Notes: generated from the letters alone by a model not told the origin. A stretch of 64,000 bases of DNA from Nitrospirota bacterium (GCA_963737155.1 CAVTRN010000001.1:832001-896000); one strand, 5' to 3'; positions 41,060-52,570 are shown, counted from the stretch's first letter. Numbers and translations are program-made.

Positions 41060-41530
41060 GCGCCTGCGCGAAAAAGCTTCTACCGGTGTGAGGTGTTTCT
41101 GTTCATAAACGGATTTGAACAAGTCTCAATCGATGATGGCGAAGACATTCGCAACCTTCGGCTAGTCGACCAAAAGCTCTGGGTAGCCTTGGGCTGTCCA
41201 GCGCAGGGCATCGAATTTGACCGGAAAACCATCGATTGCCTTGATACGAATCAGGAAGGTCACATTAGGGTCCCAGAAGTGCTTGCCGCAACTGACTGGC
41301 CCATTGCCTGCTCAAAGATACTGTAGTCTTGGCAGTAAGAAAAAGGTTGCCCCTTTACCGCCATTAACGATGCTATTGATGAGGGGAGGACGCTGCTGAA
41401 AAACGTGCGACGCATGCTTGGAACCTTGGGGAAAAAGGATACCGACGTCATCATTGTGGAGGAAACGGACCACGTGGAGGAAACCCTGTTCAAAAAGCCG
41501 TCCAGCGGGAACCGGTTCATCACAACCGAC
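41060..41530 (+). pseudogene. N-terminal fragment of a conserved EF-hand-like hypothetical protein
   Basis: FEQVSID..LVDQKLWVALGCPAQGIEFD..LDTNQEGHIRVPEVLAA, then frameshifts and stops. Confidence 0.55.
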
Positions 41531-42148
41531 GCTTCGGATGATGAGCAGATCCGTGGGGGGGCTATAATGACCCGCGCGGAGCCCATCGGAAAGGCGGGGT
41601 TATGCTAATCCTGAGAATATCCGAGGGGCATTCAAACCAGCAGATTGCGAGAAAACCAAGCACATCTCGCTGAGTCTCAGGAAACGCTCGTGTCTGCGAC
41701 TTAGATTCTGAGCGGTTGTTTGCATTACTCGGTCGGTATCGATCAGACTTCTAACACGCTGATCATCGTCAACGTATGGAAGTTGATTACAGATGGAAAG
41801 GGATGAAACGCTGGTCTCTGTGCGGTGGGAGTCGGCGGGCGAGTTTGCCAAACAGGGTATGATATTTGAGGATCCGATTGCTAACTATGGAACACTTTGT
41901 TTGACAGATCTAGGTGTCGCAGGCATTTCCAGGCCATCGACAGCCGCAATCATTATGAGACGTCTTGTGGCATGTTGTTCCCCTCAAACGCCTTGATGCG
42001 GATTATGCTTGAAAAAGCATACAGTGCGAGGGGGATATGAGCTGGTATAGCGATAATAGAATTTCCCTTCTTCGCTCTTGAATAGTATGGATCATGGTCG
42101 TATTATATGTTATATAAGTAAAGATATTGACGTCGGCAGAAGGGGACC

Positions 42149-42808
42149 ATGAGCTATTCAGTCATTTTTCGGAGATTCGGTCTAATGGTTTTATGTTTGT
42201 CCCTTTCTGCAACGGCTTTCGCCGGGGAACACGGCGCTGGCGTTGTACTGGCTGGAAATGGCGTTGTCCCTTGGGAAGTAAAAAAAGATAACCTTATTCC
42301 GCCAAAGGTGAATGAAAAATATATCTACTATGATATCTGCGGATTGTGCGAAACAGACCTCCAATGCGACCTAAAGAAAAAATGCATCAAGTGGACTGAC
42401 GGAGAAAAATATGATTCCGTGACGAGTTGGGAAATAAAGTGGGATTACGTTCGCAGCCGTGCTCCCGGAGTTTGCTCAGCCGAAGATTTTACAGTCACAG
42501 TTAACGTCGTTTTTCGCCTGCCCAGATGGCAGCGAACCAACGCCGTGCCGCGAGCGCTTGCGGACAAATGGGATACGTACATGAAAAACCTAATGACGCA
42601 TGAGAATGGGCATCGCGACCTAGCTGTTGCCGCCGCCACTGATCTGTCACGCGATGTCGCCGAATTGGCCCCGGTCCAGACCTGTGATGAACTTGACCGA
42701 CGCATAGATGCCCTCAGCCGCATCCGGATGAGAAAATTAGATGAGGCTCAGAAAGAATACGATGAAAAAACAGAGCATGGTAGGAAGCAGGGAGCTGTTT
42801 TCCCCTAG
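42149..42808 (+). CDS. DUF922 family secreted Zn-dependent protease
   Basis: Signal peptide; LPRW, HENGH and YDEKTEHGRKQG motifs. Confidence 0.85.
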   Translation: MSYSVIFRRFGLMVLCLSLSATAFAGEHGAGVVLAGNGVVPWEVKKDNLIPPKVNEKYIYYDICGLCETDLQCDLKKKCIKWTDGEKYDSVTSWEIKWDYVRSRAPGVCSAEDFTVTVNVVFRLPRWQRTNAVPRALADKWDTYMKNLMTHENGHRDLAVAAATDLSRDVAELAPVQTCDELDRRIDALSRIRMRKLDEAQKEYDEKTEHGRKQGAVFP

Positions 42809-43184
42809 CATTATTGTCCGTTGAAATCATTTCGGTTGAAAACACTTCTCATGGGAATAATATAAGGCAGGCATTGCGGTAAACTGCCGGATCATTTGAG
42901 CGACATGAAAGTTCAAGATCCTTCTCACCGACTCGAGCAAATAACCAGAAGAATACCTCTACTCCTTTTCCTTTTTCGAAAAGGTATTTCGCTCGATGCT
43001 TGATTCAGAAATAGTCCCCAGCTGTCTCCAAAGTTTTTAATAGTTCCTACCCCCCACAGCATAGGTGTATTCAAGCGTACGGGGGGACATCTATCATTTT
43101 TTCTCTTTGTGCCGTAAGGTTTGGATACTCCGTACGCCAATCGCTGATAATGGTTACTAGCCACGAATAACAGGAGGGCAAACA

Positions 43185-43628
43185 ATGGAAGCATTTGCAT
43201 GTTTCAACAGAAAAAGTCTCGAAACCTTGTTACCGCATAGAGGAGCTGCACTCAGAAAAATCGACGGGGTGTTTTACAATTTCGAGACTCCAAACATGCT
43301 GATCGGGCTCAAAGAGATCTGGATGGATGATCCGGATTTAGAAGGTCATTTTCCTCAAGCGCCTACTTATCCGGGATACGCGCAAGACGAATTTGTGTGC
43401 CTCGTAGCTGCGGCACTCATTCCGATCGCGATTGAAGGCTTGAAGACGGATCCACACGTTGTTCAGAAGATCGTCCGATATAAAAAGAACGTCGTCCCCG
43501 GTGACCAGCTCATTGCCGAGGTTAGACTGAACGGAAGACGCGGCAAATTTTTTATGTTCTCCGCCGATATTAAAAACCAGAGTAAAGAGGTTATCGCTGA
43601 ATATGAAAAAATTATCGGGGCGGTTTAA
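43185..43628 (+). CDS. FabZ/FabA-like hotdog dehydratase (divergent)
   Basis: LLPHR, GHFPQAPTYPG..E and VVPGDQL motifs. Confidence 0.8.
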   Translation: MEAFACFNRKSLETLLPHRGAALRKIDGVFYNFETPNMLIGLKEIWMDDPDLEGHFPQAPTYPGYAQDEFVCLVAAALIPIAIEGLKTDPHVVQKIVRYKKNVVPGDQLIAEVRLNGRRGKFFMFSADIKNQSKEVIAEYEKIIGAV

Positions 43629-44134
43629 AGATCAATTAAAATTGGAATCCAGGGGGCAAGGATTGGTGTCCAAAATTGACATCCAGGGATTCACTTTGGC
43701 TGTATACACTTGGATCATATCGTCACTGACTACCATAAGACATTGTCGCCCAATGGAAGTTAAATATGATATTCGCATATTTGCTGCAACGCGTAACGTT
43801 GAATTTCGTTTCTAATATTAATCTCTATTTTTTGACGTATGCGGGGTTTATCAGTAAGTAGGTCAAGTAGGTCAACGAAACGAATTTCGCTGCAGTGTGA
43901 TAGCAGCGCTTTTGCGGGTAAAGGGAAATAACTCCCCCCTCAACCAATCATCCACGAAAACAGTTGGTTTTGAATTATGTATTATATTCAGGCAGTCTAA
44001 TACCAAAGATTTTCATGTGTAATCAGGAGGAAAAGCACTGCGAATTGAAAAAACACACACATTTTCCCCCCTTTTATCAATCGGAATCTTTATTGATGGA
44101 TCACTCCCCTAATCACGACAGAAGTTGTGACACA

Positions 44135-44323
44135 TCAGGCCGCTTTTTTCAGTTTTTCGAGCACGTTCTTCAGCGTTGCCTCGTCCATTTTTAGCTCATC
44201 GCGGTTTTCTTTTCGCATTCCAGAGGCTACCAGCTCCCTGATCTGCGGTATCGTTGTCTCCTGCAGTTCTTGAACGAGCAGGTCCCGCTCCTTCATGTCC
44301 AAATCGACGATCATACGACTCAC
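44135..44323 (-). CDS. Small hypothetical protein
   Basis: 62-aa helical ORF with a plausible RBS, ending KKAA. Confidence 0.5.
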   Translation of the reverse strand: MSRMIVDLDMKERDLLVQELQETTIPQIRELVASGMRKENRDELKMDEATLKNVLEKLKKAA

Positions 44324-44534
44324 CTCTTTTCTTTTGGAACGTTTATTCTGAATAATTAAAGTATAGCACTTGACAAGAAATTAAGGAGCCCCTTTAGCTT
44401 GTCACGATACTGGCTAATATACGTACGAAAATAAATATCAAAGTTCAAAAGGCTGCCCTAAATGAGCTAATCTAGGATAACCCAGAATAGAGGAGAACTC
44501 GGAGAGGCACAGGTGTAGAAATGTTTTCTCATCG

Positions 44535-44925
44535 TTAACGTCCTCGCGCAAGGCCATACTACAAGTCAAAACAGAGATAAAGAGACTTACCCGAGAAGCG
44601 TGTCTTATAATTCTCTTGCAGGAATATATCAAGAATCTCAATAGCATAGCTCGAGGCTGGATGAGCTACTTCCTTTATCGCAACTGCAGCAGGCAATTGT
44701 AAAACCTCAAATACTATTTTGGGACAAGAGTTTGGTGGCACCTCATACGTAAACGCGGTAAGAACGGATGGGGTACGCGATTTATACAACCGGCTATCTG
44801 TACAAACTTGGGTTCTTTAAATGACGACGATGCTCCTTGAAAGATCACGACGAAAACTGCGGGATGAAGAACATGGGAAAGTCCTTTTCGGGAAAACTGA
44901 ACATAAAGATTGATACAGAGCAATG
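44535..44925 (+). pseudogene. Decayed second group II intron 3' fragment (domain X plus degenerate DV)
   Basis: SSRKAILQVKTEIKRLT..IKNLNSIARGWMSYF..NCS with an internal stop, then GGAAAGTCCTTTTCGGGAAAACTGAACATAAAGATTGA (eroded DV). Confidence 0.65.
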
Positions 44926-44934
44926 GTTGGTTAA

Positions 44935-45101
44935 TGAGGAACTGCCAAACCATAGGGATAGAAACAGATAGGCAAAAAAGAGAAAGCAGACTCAACTCGC
45001 AGACCACCCATGGAAACGATCGTTTAAGTCCGGCCCGAGATACATCAGTACAGCTTCCCGTTGCTTGCTAAAAAAGCGGACATTTTTACTTTGCCTTGAC
45101 A
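44935..45101 (+). mobile_element. IS1202/ISNCY-like right-end remnant
   Basis: ADHPWKRSFK transposase C-terminal motif followed by GGACATTTTTACTTTGCCTTGACA (TGT terminus). Confidence 0.65.
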
Positions 45102-45502
45102 AACCCATTCGACACCCATTCGAGATCCATTGACATCTCGCTTTGTCAGGAATATATTCTTTACAAAAAATCAATAAAGGTCGTCGAAGCCGGGCTCCAC
45201 TATGCTTACTTCGTGCGCGCATTACACTTTGATATTTAAAAATGTGCGATAAAGTAACATTATTACAGAATGTTGCGATGCTCATAGGTTCTATTATTCT
45301 TGGTGTTATCGGGCCCGATGGACTAATTCGCACCGAAAAATTTATGTTTATTTTTCCGAAATAATCCTTCTGTAGGCTGCACGTTGGGAAACTTTAATCG
45401 AGCATACATCAGAATCATCGGGCAAAAGATTGTCATTAAATTGATTCAAATAAACTAGTAAGATAATATCTGCAATGCGTATTACTTGTGCAAGGAGTTT
45501 TC

Positions 45503-46183
45503 ATGAATATTCTCGAAGCGCATAGCATTTCCAAAACTTACATAATTGTTAGCCGAAGCATCACGGTTCTTAACGATGTTTCCCTTGCCGTGGCTCAAGG
45601 AGAATTTTTGGTTGTGGAAGGAGAAAGCGGAAGCGGAAAGTCAACACTCCTGTCGATTCTATCGGGGCTTGACTCGAGCGATCAGGGCCGTGTTCTAATC
45701 GACGGAAAAGACATTACTAACCTGCATGAGGACGAGCTAGCGCCGCTCAGAAATACTACCTTTGGCTTTGTGTTCCAATCGTATCACCTCGTTCCATCTC
45801 TCACGTGTCTGGAAAATGTGATGTTCCCCGCCGAGCTGCGAGGCGATGTTCGCGCGCGCGATAAGGCCGAACTTCTTCTCACACGGGTAGGACTTTCCGA
45901 ACGGGTTGCCAGTTTTCCCTACCAGCTGTCGGGTGGTGAGAAGCAACGATGTGCTATCTGTCGCGCCCTGATCAACAATCCGAAGATCATTTTTGCAGAT
46001 GAGCCGACCGGCAACCTCGATTCGGTTAATGGCAAAATCGTCCTAGATTTGCTTCTTGAGCTCCACCGAGAGCGGCATGCGACCCTTGTTCTCGTAACCC
46101 ACAATCAGGAAATCGCCCGCATGGCCGACCGGGTTGTTACGCTCCAAGACGGCAGGATCATTGCGAGTATTGCTCATGCTTAA
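45503..46183 (+). CDS. ABC transporter ATP-binding protein (YbbA-like)
   Basis: GESGSGKS, LSGGEKQR and DEPTGNLD motifs. Confidence 0.92.
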   Translation: MNILEAHSISKTYIIVSRSITVLNDVSLAVAQGEFLVVEGESGSGKSTLLSILSGLDSSDQGRVLIDGKDITNLHEDELAPLRNTTFGFVFQSYHLVPSLTCLENVMFPAELRGDVRARDKAELLLTRVGLSERVASFPYQLSGGEKQRCAICRALINNPKIIFADEPTGNLDSVNGKIVLDLLLELHRERHATLVLVTHNQEIARMADRVVTLQDGRIIASIAHA

Positions 46184-48791
46184 CATCCATCTCATTCGTC
46201 GCCAGATAAGGGCATCGGCTCACCAGTCATGCATTCTCATACTCTGCGTGGTTCTATCGATGATTACCTTGGTATCTCTCGGCGGTTTCAGCCGGAGCGT
46301 CCACTTGTCTTTTCTCCATGATGCCCGAGCCCTCCATGCCGCCGACATCATTATTCATTCTCATTCTTCCATCTCACAGCGCCTTCTCGACTCCTTGACA
46401 GCCTTTGAACAACAAAAAGTTATCGAAAAAGCGCGGGTCTATGAGTTTTACTCAGTAGTACAAACCACTAAAAATCCTAAGTGGAGCGTGAGCCGGGATG
46501 AAAAAAAAGGAGAGACAGGGACTTATAGGAGGGAACGTCGGCTTCCCGACGAAACCAGTGCAGCGATGTATTCGAAAGCAGAGTCCTCTACAGGTGAAGA
46601 ATCTCTTCTGTCCAGCATCAAAGTGGTGGAACCTGGATATCCCTTCTACGGCGCATTGGAACTCGATTCTGGACGACCATTCCGTGAAGTACTGACCCAA
46701 GGAAGTCTCGTTGTAGAGCAGTCTCTCCTCGACCGCCTCCACATCAGAGTGGGCGACAGGCTCAGGGTTGGGAGCGCAGTTCTTACCATCCGAGACGTTG
46801 TACTCCAGGAACCCGACCAGCCGGTAAATTTCTTTGCCTTGGGACCACGTGTCTTTGTTTCCTCAATAGACCTACCCTCTCTTGACCTCATCGGCAAAGG
46901 AAGCAGAGTGGACTATACCATCCTCGTCAAAGTTCGGAATGAGAAAGAAATGGAACGGATTGCGAATCAGCTCCGGGACGCATCAATGAAGAACCGGGAA
47001 CGGGTCGAAACCTACCAGACGGCCGACTCCGGAGTGAAACGGTTCTTCGATAATTTCCTGTTTTTTCTCAACCTTATTGGCATATTTACGCTGCTTCTGG
47101 CGGGTATTGGCATCCAGAGCTCTCTGATTGCTTTCCTGAAAGAGCAGGAGCATACAATCGCCATCATGAAAGTAGTTGGTTCGCGGAGCCGTTTTATTAT
47201 CACCCACTATTTTATGGTAGTAGCGGTTCTCGGCTCTATCGGGACAATCATCGGCATTCCAGCAAGTTTTTTGCTTGAAAAGATCGTACTCGGCCTATTT
47301 AGAGGGCTCATTCCCTCAAATGTGGAACTGACCATTTCTAGAGGCGCCGTGGTTGAAGGGCTCATAATCGGTTTTCTGGTAGTAATTCTCTTCACCGCTC
47401 TTCCCCTTTTGCGCCTCAAGGAAGTTAAGCCCCGTGCCATCTTCGGCAAAGAGGAACAGCGTTCGATACAGAGTCGCACAACATGGCTCACCGGCAGCGC
47501 AAGTGTCATCTTTTTCATTCTCATCGTTCTCTGGCGGATTCGGGAGTTAAAAACTGGCATATACTTCGTCTTCGGCTTAGGACTACTCATATTAATATCC
47601 TTTGTCTGCTCAGAAGGGACCATTCGTCTGTTAAAGATAGTGAATGCGAAGAATCTTATTCTAAGGCAGGCCCTGAAAGGACTTTTTCGCCCCGGCAACG
47701 CGACACGGCCGATAATCGTTACCCTCACAGCATCTCTGGCCGTTCTTTTCTCAATAACCGTAGTGGAGAGAAATCTGAATGCTACCTTCATCCGCTCCTA
47801 TCCGCCGGACGCCCCCAATCTTTTCTTTATTGATATTCAACCTGGGCAGAAGGAAGCTTTCGCTCGTGACCTTGCGATACCGACGATATACTATCCATTG
47901 ATCCGGGGGACTATCATCGCTGTAAACAACGAACCGATTGACCGAGAGGCAGAACGGCACAAGCATGGGGACAACCTTGCTCGGGAGTTTAATCTAACCT
48001 ATCGTGAGAACCTACTGGAAGACGAGCGGATTGTAGAAGGAAAAAGTTTATACCGCGATGACTGGCCAGAAATGCAGGTTTCAGTCCTGGACACGGTATT
48101 TAAGATGAAGGATTTAAAAGTCGGTGATACGATCACTTTCGATATACAAGGGATACCGTTTGAAGCAAAAATTTCAAGTGTGAGAACCAGGACCCGTTCG
48201 GTGCTCCAGCCTTTCTTTTATTTTGTTTTCCCCGAGAGGGTCCTTAAGGATGCGCCCCAGACGCTCTTCACCGCTGTCCGAGTAGAAAAAAAGCAGATTG
48301 TCCCGCTTCAAAATCTAATCGTTTCCCGCTATCCGAACGTGACCGTTATCGACGTCACTGAGACGGTGCAGGTATTCGCAAGGGTCATGGATAGACTCTC
48401 GTCGATTGTCCGTTTCTTCACCCTTTTCAGTATCATCGCAGGCATACTTATCATCATAAGCTCCGCATTTGCAACCCGATACACTCGCATTCGAGAAGCG
48501 GTCTATTTCAAGATCCTGGGCGCGCGCGGACGTTTTGTTCTGGCTGTCTTTACCTGGGAAAACCTGCTTATTGGTCTTGTAAGTGGTCTCATCGCTTTTG
48601 TTCTCGCCCAAGCAGGAAGTTGGCTTATTTGCCGATACGCTCTAGATGTACCCTACAAACCGTTTTTGGGCATAAGTGTCCTTATGATTATCGCAATGAC
48701 AACCCTTGTGATTGCTGTCGGTCTCGGGGCCTCTCTCTCGATTCTTCGACAAAAACCCACTGCTTTCCTACGGGAACAGACTGAGGAGTGA
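46176..48791 (+). CDS. ABC transporter permease (YbbP-like, double FtsX)
   Basis: GYPFYG, APNLFFIDIQP and REFNLTY motifs; context with ybbA and tesA. Confidence 0.9.
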   Translation: MLNIHLIRRQIRASAHQSCILILCVVLSMITLVSLGGFSRSVHLSFLHDARALHAADIIIHSHSSISQRLLDSLTAFEQQKVIEKARVYEFYSVVQTTKNPKWSVSRDEKKGETGTYRRERRLPDETSAAMYSKAESSTGEESLLSSIKVVEPGYPFYGALELDSGRPFREVLTQGSLVVEQSLLDRLHIRVGDRLRVGSAVLTIRDVVLQEPDQPVNFFALGPRVFVSSIDLPSLDLIGKGSRVDYTILVKVRNEKEMERIANQLRDASMKNRERVETYQTADSGVKRFFDNFLFFLNLIGIFTLLLAGIGIQSSLIAFLKEQEHTIAIMKVVGSRSRFIITHYFMVVAVLGSIGTIIGIPASFLLEKIVLGLFRGLIPSNVELTISRGAVVEGLIIGFLVVILFTALPLLRLKEVKPRAIFGKEEQRSIQSRTTWLTGSASVIFFILIVLWRIRELKTGIYFVFGLGLLILISFVCSEGTIRLLKIVNAKNLILRQALKGLFRPGNATRPIIVTLTASLAVLFSITVVERNLNATFIRSYPPDAPNLFFIDIQPGQKEAFARDLAIPTIYYPLIRGTIIAVNNEPIDREAERHKHGDNLAREFNLTYRENLLEDERIVEGKSLYRDDWPEMQVSVLDTVFKMKDLKVGDTITFDIQGIPFEAKISSVRTRTRSVLQPFFYFVFPERVLKDAPQTLFTAVRVEKKQIVPLQNLIVSRYPNVTVIDVTETVQVFARVMDRLSSIVRFFTLFSIIAGILIIISSAFATRYTRIREAVYFKILGARGRFVLAVFTWENLLIGLVSGLIAFVLAQAGSWLICRYALDVPYKPFLGISVLMIIAMTTLVIAVGLGASLSILRQKPTAFLREQTEE

Positions 48792-48899
48792 TGAGCTGAA
48801 ATAAGCGAGTACGTTCAACTTGGCATTAATTCACGATCGACTAATATGCTTTTGAAAACGTGGCACAGATCTTCAACGATTTTGGGAAAGAGGTAACTT

Positions 48900-49574
48900 A
48901 TGAATGGTTCGACTATGCATTCAGCGGGAACGATCCTTATCCTGTTGCTCCTTCTTCTCGGATGCAAACGACAGAATGAAACGGCGTTGGCCATTCAACA
49001 CGAGCAAGCTGTTTATGACGGAACAATAGTGGCGGTGGGCGACAGTCTCACGGCGGGTTTAGGCGTTAACGAAGAAGATGCTTATCCCGCCCAACTCGAA
49101 AGAAAACTCCGTGCAGCAGGATATCGCTGGCGAGTTATAAACACAGGCATCGGTGGTGAAACCAGTAGTGGGACTCTCTCTCGCGTCCATTGGGTGCTGA
49201 AGCTCAAGCCCGACATCGTTATCCTCGAAACCGGTGCCAATGACGGGCTTCGGGGAATTAACCCGCAGGTAACGAGAAAGAACTTAGATGAAACTATTCG
49301 CATCCTGAAGGAGAACAATGTTGTCGTGGTGCTAGCCGGCATGCGAATGCTCACAAATTTGGGACGTCGATTCACCGACGAGTTCTACTCTAACTATCCA
49401 GCTGTCTCTGCGAAGTATGATATCGTGCTGATCCCTTTTTTTCTAGTGGGAGTTGCAGGTGATCCGGCTCTCAATCAATCTGACGGAATCCACCCTACGG
49501 CAGAAGGCTACCGGATCGTCACCGGGACAGTTTATCCTTACGTGCTGAAGGCGATTGAGCGGATAAAAAAATAG
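48900..49574 (+). CDS. SGNH arylesterase/acyl-CoA thioesterase I (TesA-like)
   Basis: GDSLTAG, GANDGLRG and DGIHP motifs. Confidence 0.92.
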   Translation: MNGSTMHSAGTILILLLLLLGCKRQNETALAIQHEQAVYDGTIVAVGDSLTAGLGVNEEDAYPAQLERKLRAAGYRWRVINTGIGGETSSGTLSRVHWVLKLKPDIVILETGANDGLRGINPQVTRKNLDETIRILKENNVVVVLAGMRMLTNLGRRFTDEFYSNYPAVSAKYDIVLIPFFLVGVAGDPALNQSDGIHPTAEGYRIVTGTVYPYVLKAIERIKK

Positions 49575-49869
49575 GACGCCCCTGGCAAGAGGTCAAATCG
49601 TCACCGTTACCGGAGGCACTCCTCAAGTCACCCTGCAGTAAATTGCCACATTTACTTCCAAAGGATCGACGTCTTCTTGCACAATCACGTACAATTATGC
49701 GTTTGGTACGCGTTCAGTTTACCGGAACGATAATAGTTCCATGCGGTTTTGCAGGTTGCCCCTTTTATTTCGCATAATCAGATAGCCTTAGATGGCATAA
49801 TATAGCACAACGTATCTCAAGCTATAAATGTATTATCGAAGTTTCGCTATACTCATTTCCCCGTATAAA

Positions 49870-50320
49870 CAGATCATCTTTTCACAATGAGAACGGGATT
49901 TTTGTATCCCTGAGAATAACGTCGAAAGTAACTCTGCTGAGAACAGCTGCACTGAGCTTTTGCCATGGGATCCTATTACAATGAAGCCGGCTTTCAATTT
50001 TTTATCTTCCTTCACAATTTCCTCCACGGGATGCCCCGCTTTCATTACCGTTTCTCAATGAATGCGACTCCGTTTGCATATTTATTCTATTTCCTCCATG
50101 AAAGATGTTGCCGCCTGTTTCAGGTAATCTTCGATAGGTTCTGTTAAATAGGTTGGGGATGACGCAGAAGGGGTAGACTGACTTACCACAAAGCGTCTAT
50201 CAATGACGTTAGGCAGCGTTAACGAAGCACCTGTCTGCTTTGCTAGTTCGACTGCATATATTGCCGCTTTTTGCGCCATCTTTGAGCCATCTGTTGATAC
50301 GAGTAGACTTGAAATTATAA
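49870..50320 (-). pseudogene. Universal stress protein pseudogene
   Basis: LVSTDGSKMAQKAA..., GHPVEEIV and IVIGSHGKS are split by stops and frameshifts. Confidence 0.8.
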
Positions 50321-51020
50321 GCTACCCTTTACTCTCCTTAAGTTAATATGATCCAGCTTTTCAAATTTCTCTTTTGTTATCTTGCCCATGACAGAACGTT
50401 GCTTGAGCATATCGGGCGGTCGTTCTTCTCGTCAACCGGCCATTAAAGTCATATGATAAAAGGCGCCGAAGATGATTAATGCTGAGAAAAGATTGATAAA
50501 CAATCATCGTCACTCCATTCCCCTTTCCGCGAATTATCAGCACCTCATTGTCTCCTTTATTTCTCGGGATATTCAAAAATGGCAAAGAAGGAGTCGAGCA
50601 GGCTAGCAATTATATATCCTCCACGCGTAATTTATACAGCACAGGAGACTCCACTTTTCGATCTAAGAGCACCCCTGAGATTAGTTTAACGGTGATATTT
50701 CTACTTTTCACTTTATGCAATAATTTTCTGGTATAACACTCGATTTTAAAAACGATGTTCGCCGCCGGAGACCATTTCAACCATAAGAATGTCAGTAACG
50801 AAAGAATTAAACCAATTCCTCTTGCGAGCAGGGATGTTTAATACTTCAGAAAATCTGTTCAATATGGTTTCCCATTTGCGCACTGGACTGCAATTCTTTA
50901 AGCGCTCTCTTGCAAGCAATATCTATGTTTTCATTGCCTCTCTTCGAGCGGTTTCTGACAGGATAACCGTTGACACCTTCACATTCTGGCGTTTTGGACA
51001 GTAATATCTCTACTTATAAG

Positions 51021-51064
51021 AAAAGTAAAGGCGGAAAGGCTCACGGAGACCTCCGCCTTTATTT
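51021..51064 (-). terminator. Intrinsic terminator
   Basis: TAAAGGCGGA...TCCGCCTTTA stem with A/T flanks, downstream of the His-rich gene. Confidence 0.7.
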
Positions 51065-51081
51065 GTGATAGGCTAACGAAT

Positions 51082-51429
51082 TTACACTGTCAGATTGACA
51101 CTATTGTTCGTTGCCGGCATGGAGTTGGTGATGGTGTTGGCAGCTGTACTGCTAGTCCCGGAATTAGTAGCACTCATCTGGTAATGATGGTGATGATGGT
51201 GGTGACCCTGGATGCCCTGGGTGCCCTGGGTGCTCTGCTCGAGGTTGGCGATGTCAGTCTGAACTTGAGTTAGAGCCTGCTGCATCGCTTGTTGCGATAA
51301 GGAGACCTGGTCTTGACTACCTGAGCTAGTCGGATTCTTCATGGTTTGGATGTCGCTTTGAAGAGTCTGAAAGTCACTATTCAGAGCGCTGATGTACTGA
51401 TTATTGCTGCCGACCGATTGAATAGACAT
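51082..51429 (-). CDS. Ser/Gln-rich protein with poly-His tract
   Basis: GGGAGGTG RBS; QGHHHHHHHYQ; ends SVNLTV; has its own promoter and terminator. Confidence 0.75.
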   Translation of the reverse strand: MSIQSVGSNNQYISALNSDFQTLQSDIQTMKNPTSSGSQDQVSLSQQAMQQALTQVQTDIANLEQSTQGTQGIQGHHHHHHHYQMSATNSGTSSTAANTITNSMPATNNSVNLTV

Positions 51430-51483
51430 GCTTTTCACCTCCCTTCAATGGAACGATTTATCTGTTGTTATATATACAGTGTA

Positions 51484-51499
51484 AGCAAATTACATACCA
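51484..51499 (-). promoter_or_regulatory. sigma54 -24/-12 promoter
   Basis: TGGTATG-TAAT-TTGCT matches TGGCACG-N4-TTGCW. Confidence 0.65.
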
Positions 51500-52029
51500 A
51501 AAGTTTAGAGAAACGACTCTTTATTAAACATAGCAATAAGAACATGTTAGAGTGTAGGGTAAATGAACGATAGATCTACGGTCCAGGAAATATTTTCCTA
51601 TTATCTTTCATTCGGGGAAATATAATCCCACTGTTTAGTCGAATTCAGGAAGATATATATTATTGGAGGGATAGATGAACTAATCAATGTGACAGGGAAA
51701 TTTATTTTGTAATCTGCTAGAAACAGAAACCGTCAGCTAAGAATGTGTTCCCTTGTGGAACTTAATTCTTGTACAGAGGTTTCGCATGAATAATGTTGAT
51801 GGAGTTAGGAGTTTTGTCGATTTAAGAAAGCTAATTTCATTTCTACTGAGCAATTGGTGGTTAGTCTGGACATCGCCAGCGAGAATCGCAACACCTTCTT
51901 TGGCATAGCAACCGATACTGCATGAAAATGGCTTTACATCGACTAAACTGCCAAGTTATATAGCATTGAATCCTTTACACAGCGTACTCTATGTGATTAC
52001 ATAACTTCCCTGAAAATTTATAAAAAACA

Positions 52030-52570
52030 TCCTTGAATACCCAGCAGCTTGCTGCTGGGATGAAAAGGATATCCTGACGAGTCTGGATGATTTTCTGATA
52101 CAATACGGGCCATGAGCCCATTGAGAAGAAGCAGACATTGTGTCTATGATCTCAAGTACCATTTCGTATGGATACCGAAATATCGTAAAAAACTGTTCGA
52201 CGATCGGATGACGAAACGATTGAAAGAAATCTTTCGTGAGATAGCTGAACAGTACGATTTGGAAATAGATACGATGGAAGTCATGGATGACCATGTACAC
52301 TTGTTTTTGGTTGTTCCTCCGAAGTATGCGCCTGCGAAGGTAGTACAAATGATTAAAAGTATCTCCGCCAGAATAATGTTCCAAGAGTTCCCGGAGATAA
52401 AGAAAAAGCTCTGGGGAGGGGAACTGTGGAACGATGGTTACTTTGTCCGTTCGGTTGGCGACAAAGTAACGGCGGAAGTGATTAGAAACTATATTCGGTA
52501 TCAGCATGATGAGCAAATAGGTTTTAGATTCTAGTCAAAATGCCTCGCAGCTTGCTGCGGGGTTATTTAC
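52030..52570 (+). mobile_element. IS200-type element (tnpA only)
   Basis: Sub-terminal hairpins CCCAGCAGCTTGCTGCTGGG (52040-52059) and CCTCGCAGCTTGCTGCGGGG (52543-52562); no tnpB; ends approximate. Confidence 0.88.
52112..52534 (+). CDS. tnpA: IS200/IS605 Y1 HUH transposase
   Basis: YHFVWIPKYR, DHVHL (HUH), LWNDGYFV and YIRYQ motifs. Confidence 0.95.
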   Translation: MSPLRRSRHCVYDLKYHFVWIPKYRKKLFDDRMTKRLKEIFREIAEQYDLEIDTMEVMDDHVHLFLVVPPKYAPAKVVQMIKSISARIMFQEFPEIKKKLWGGELWNDGYFVRSVGDKVTAEVIRNYIRYQHDEQIGFRF

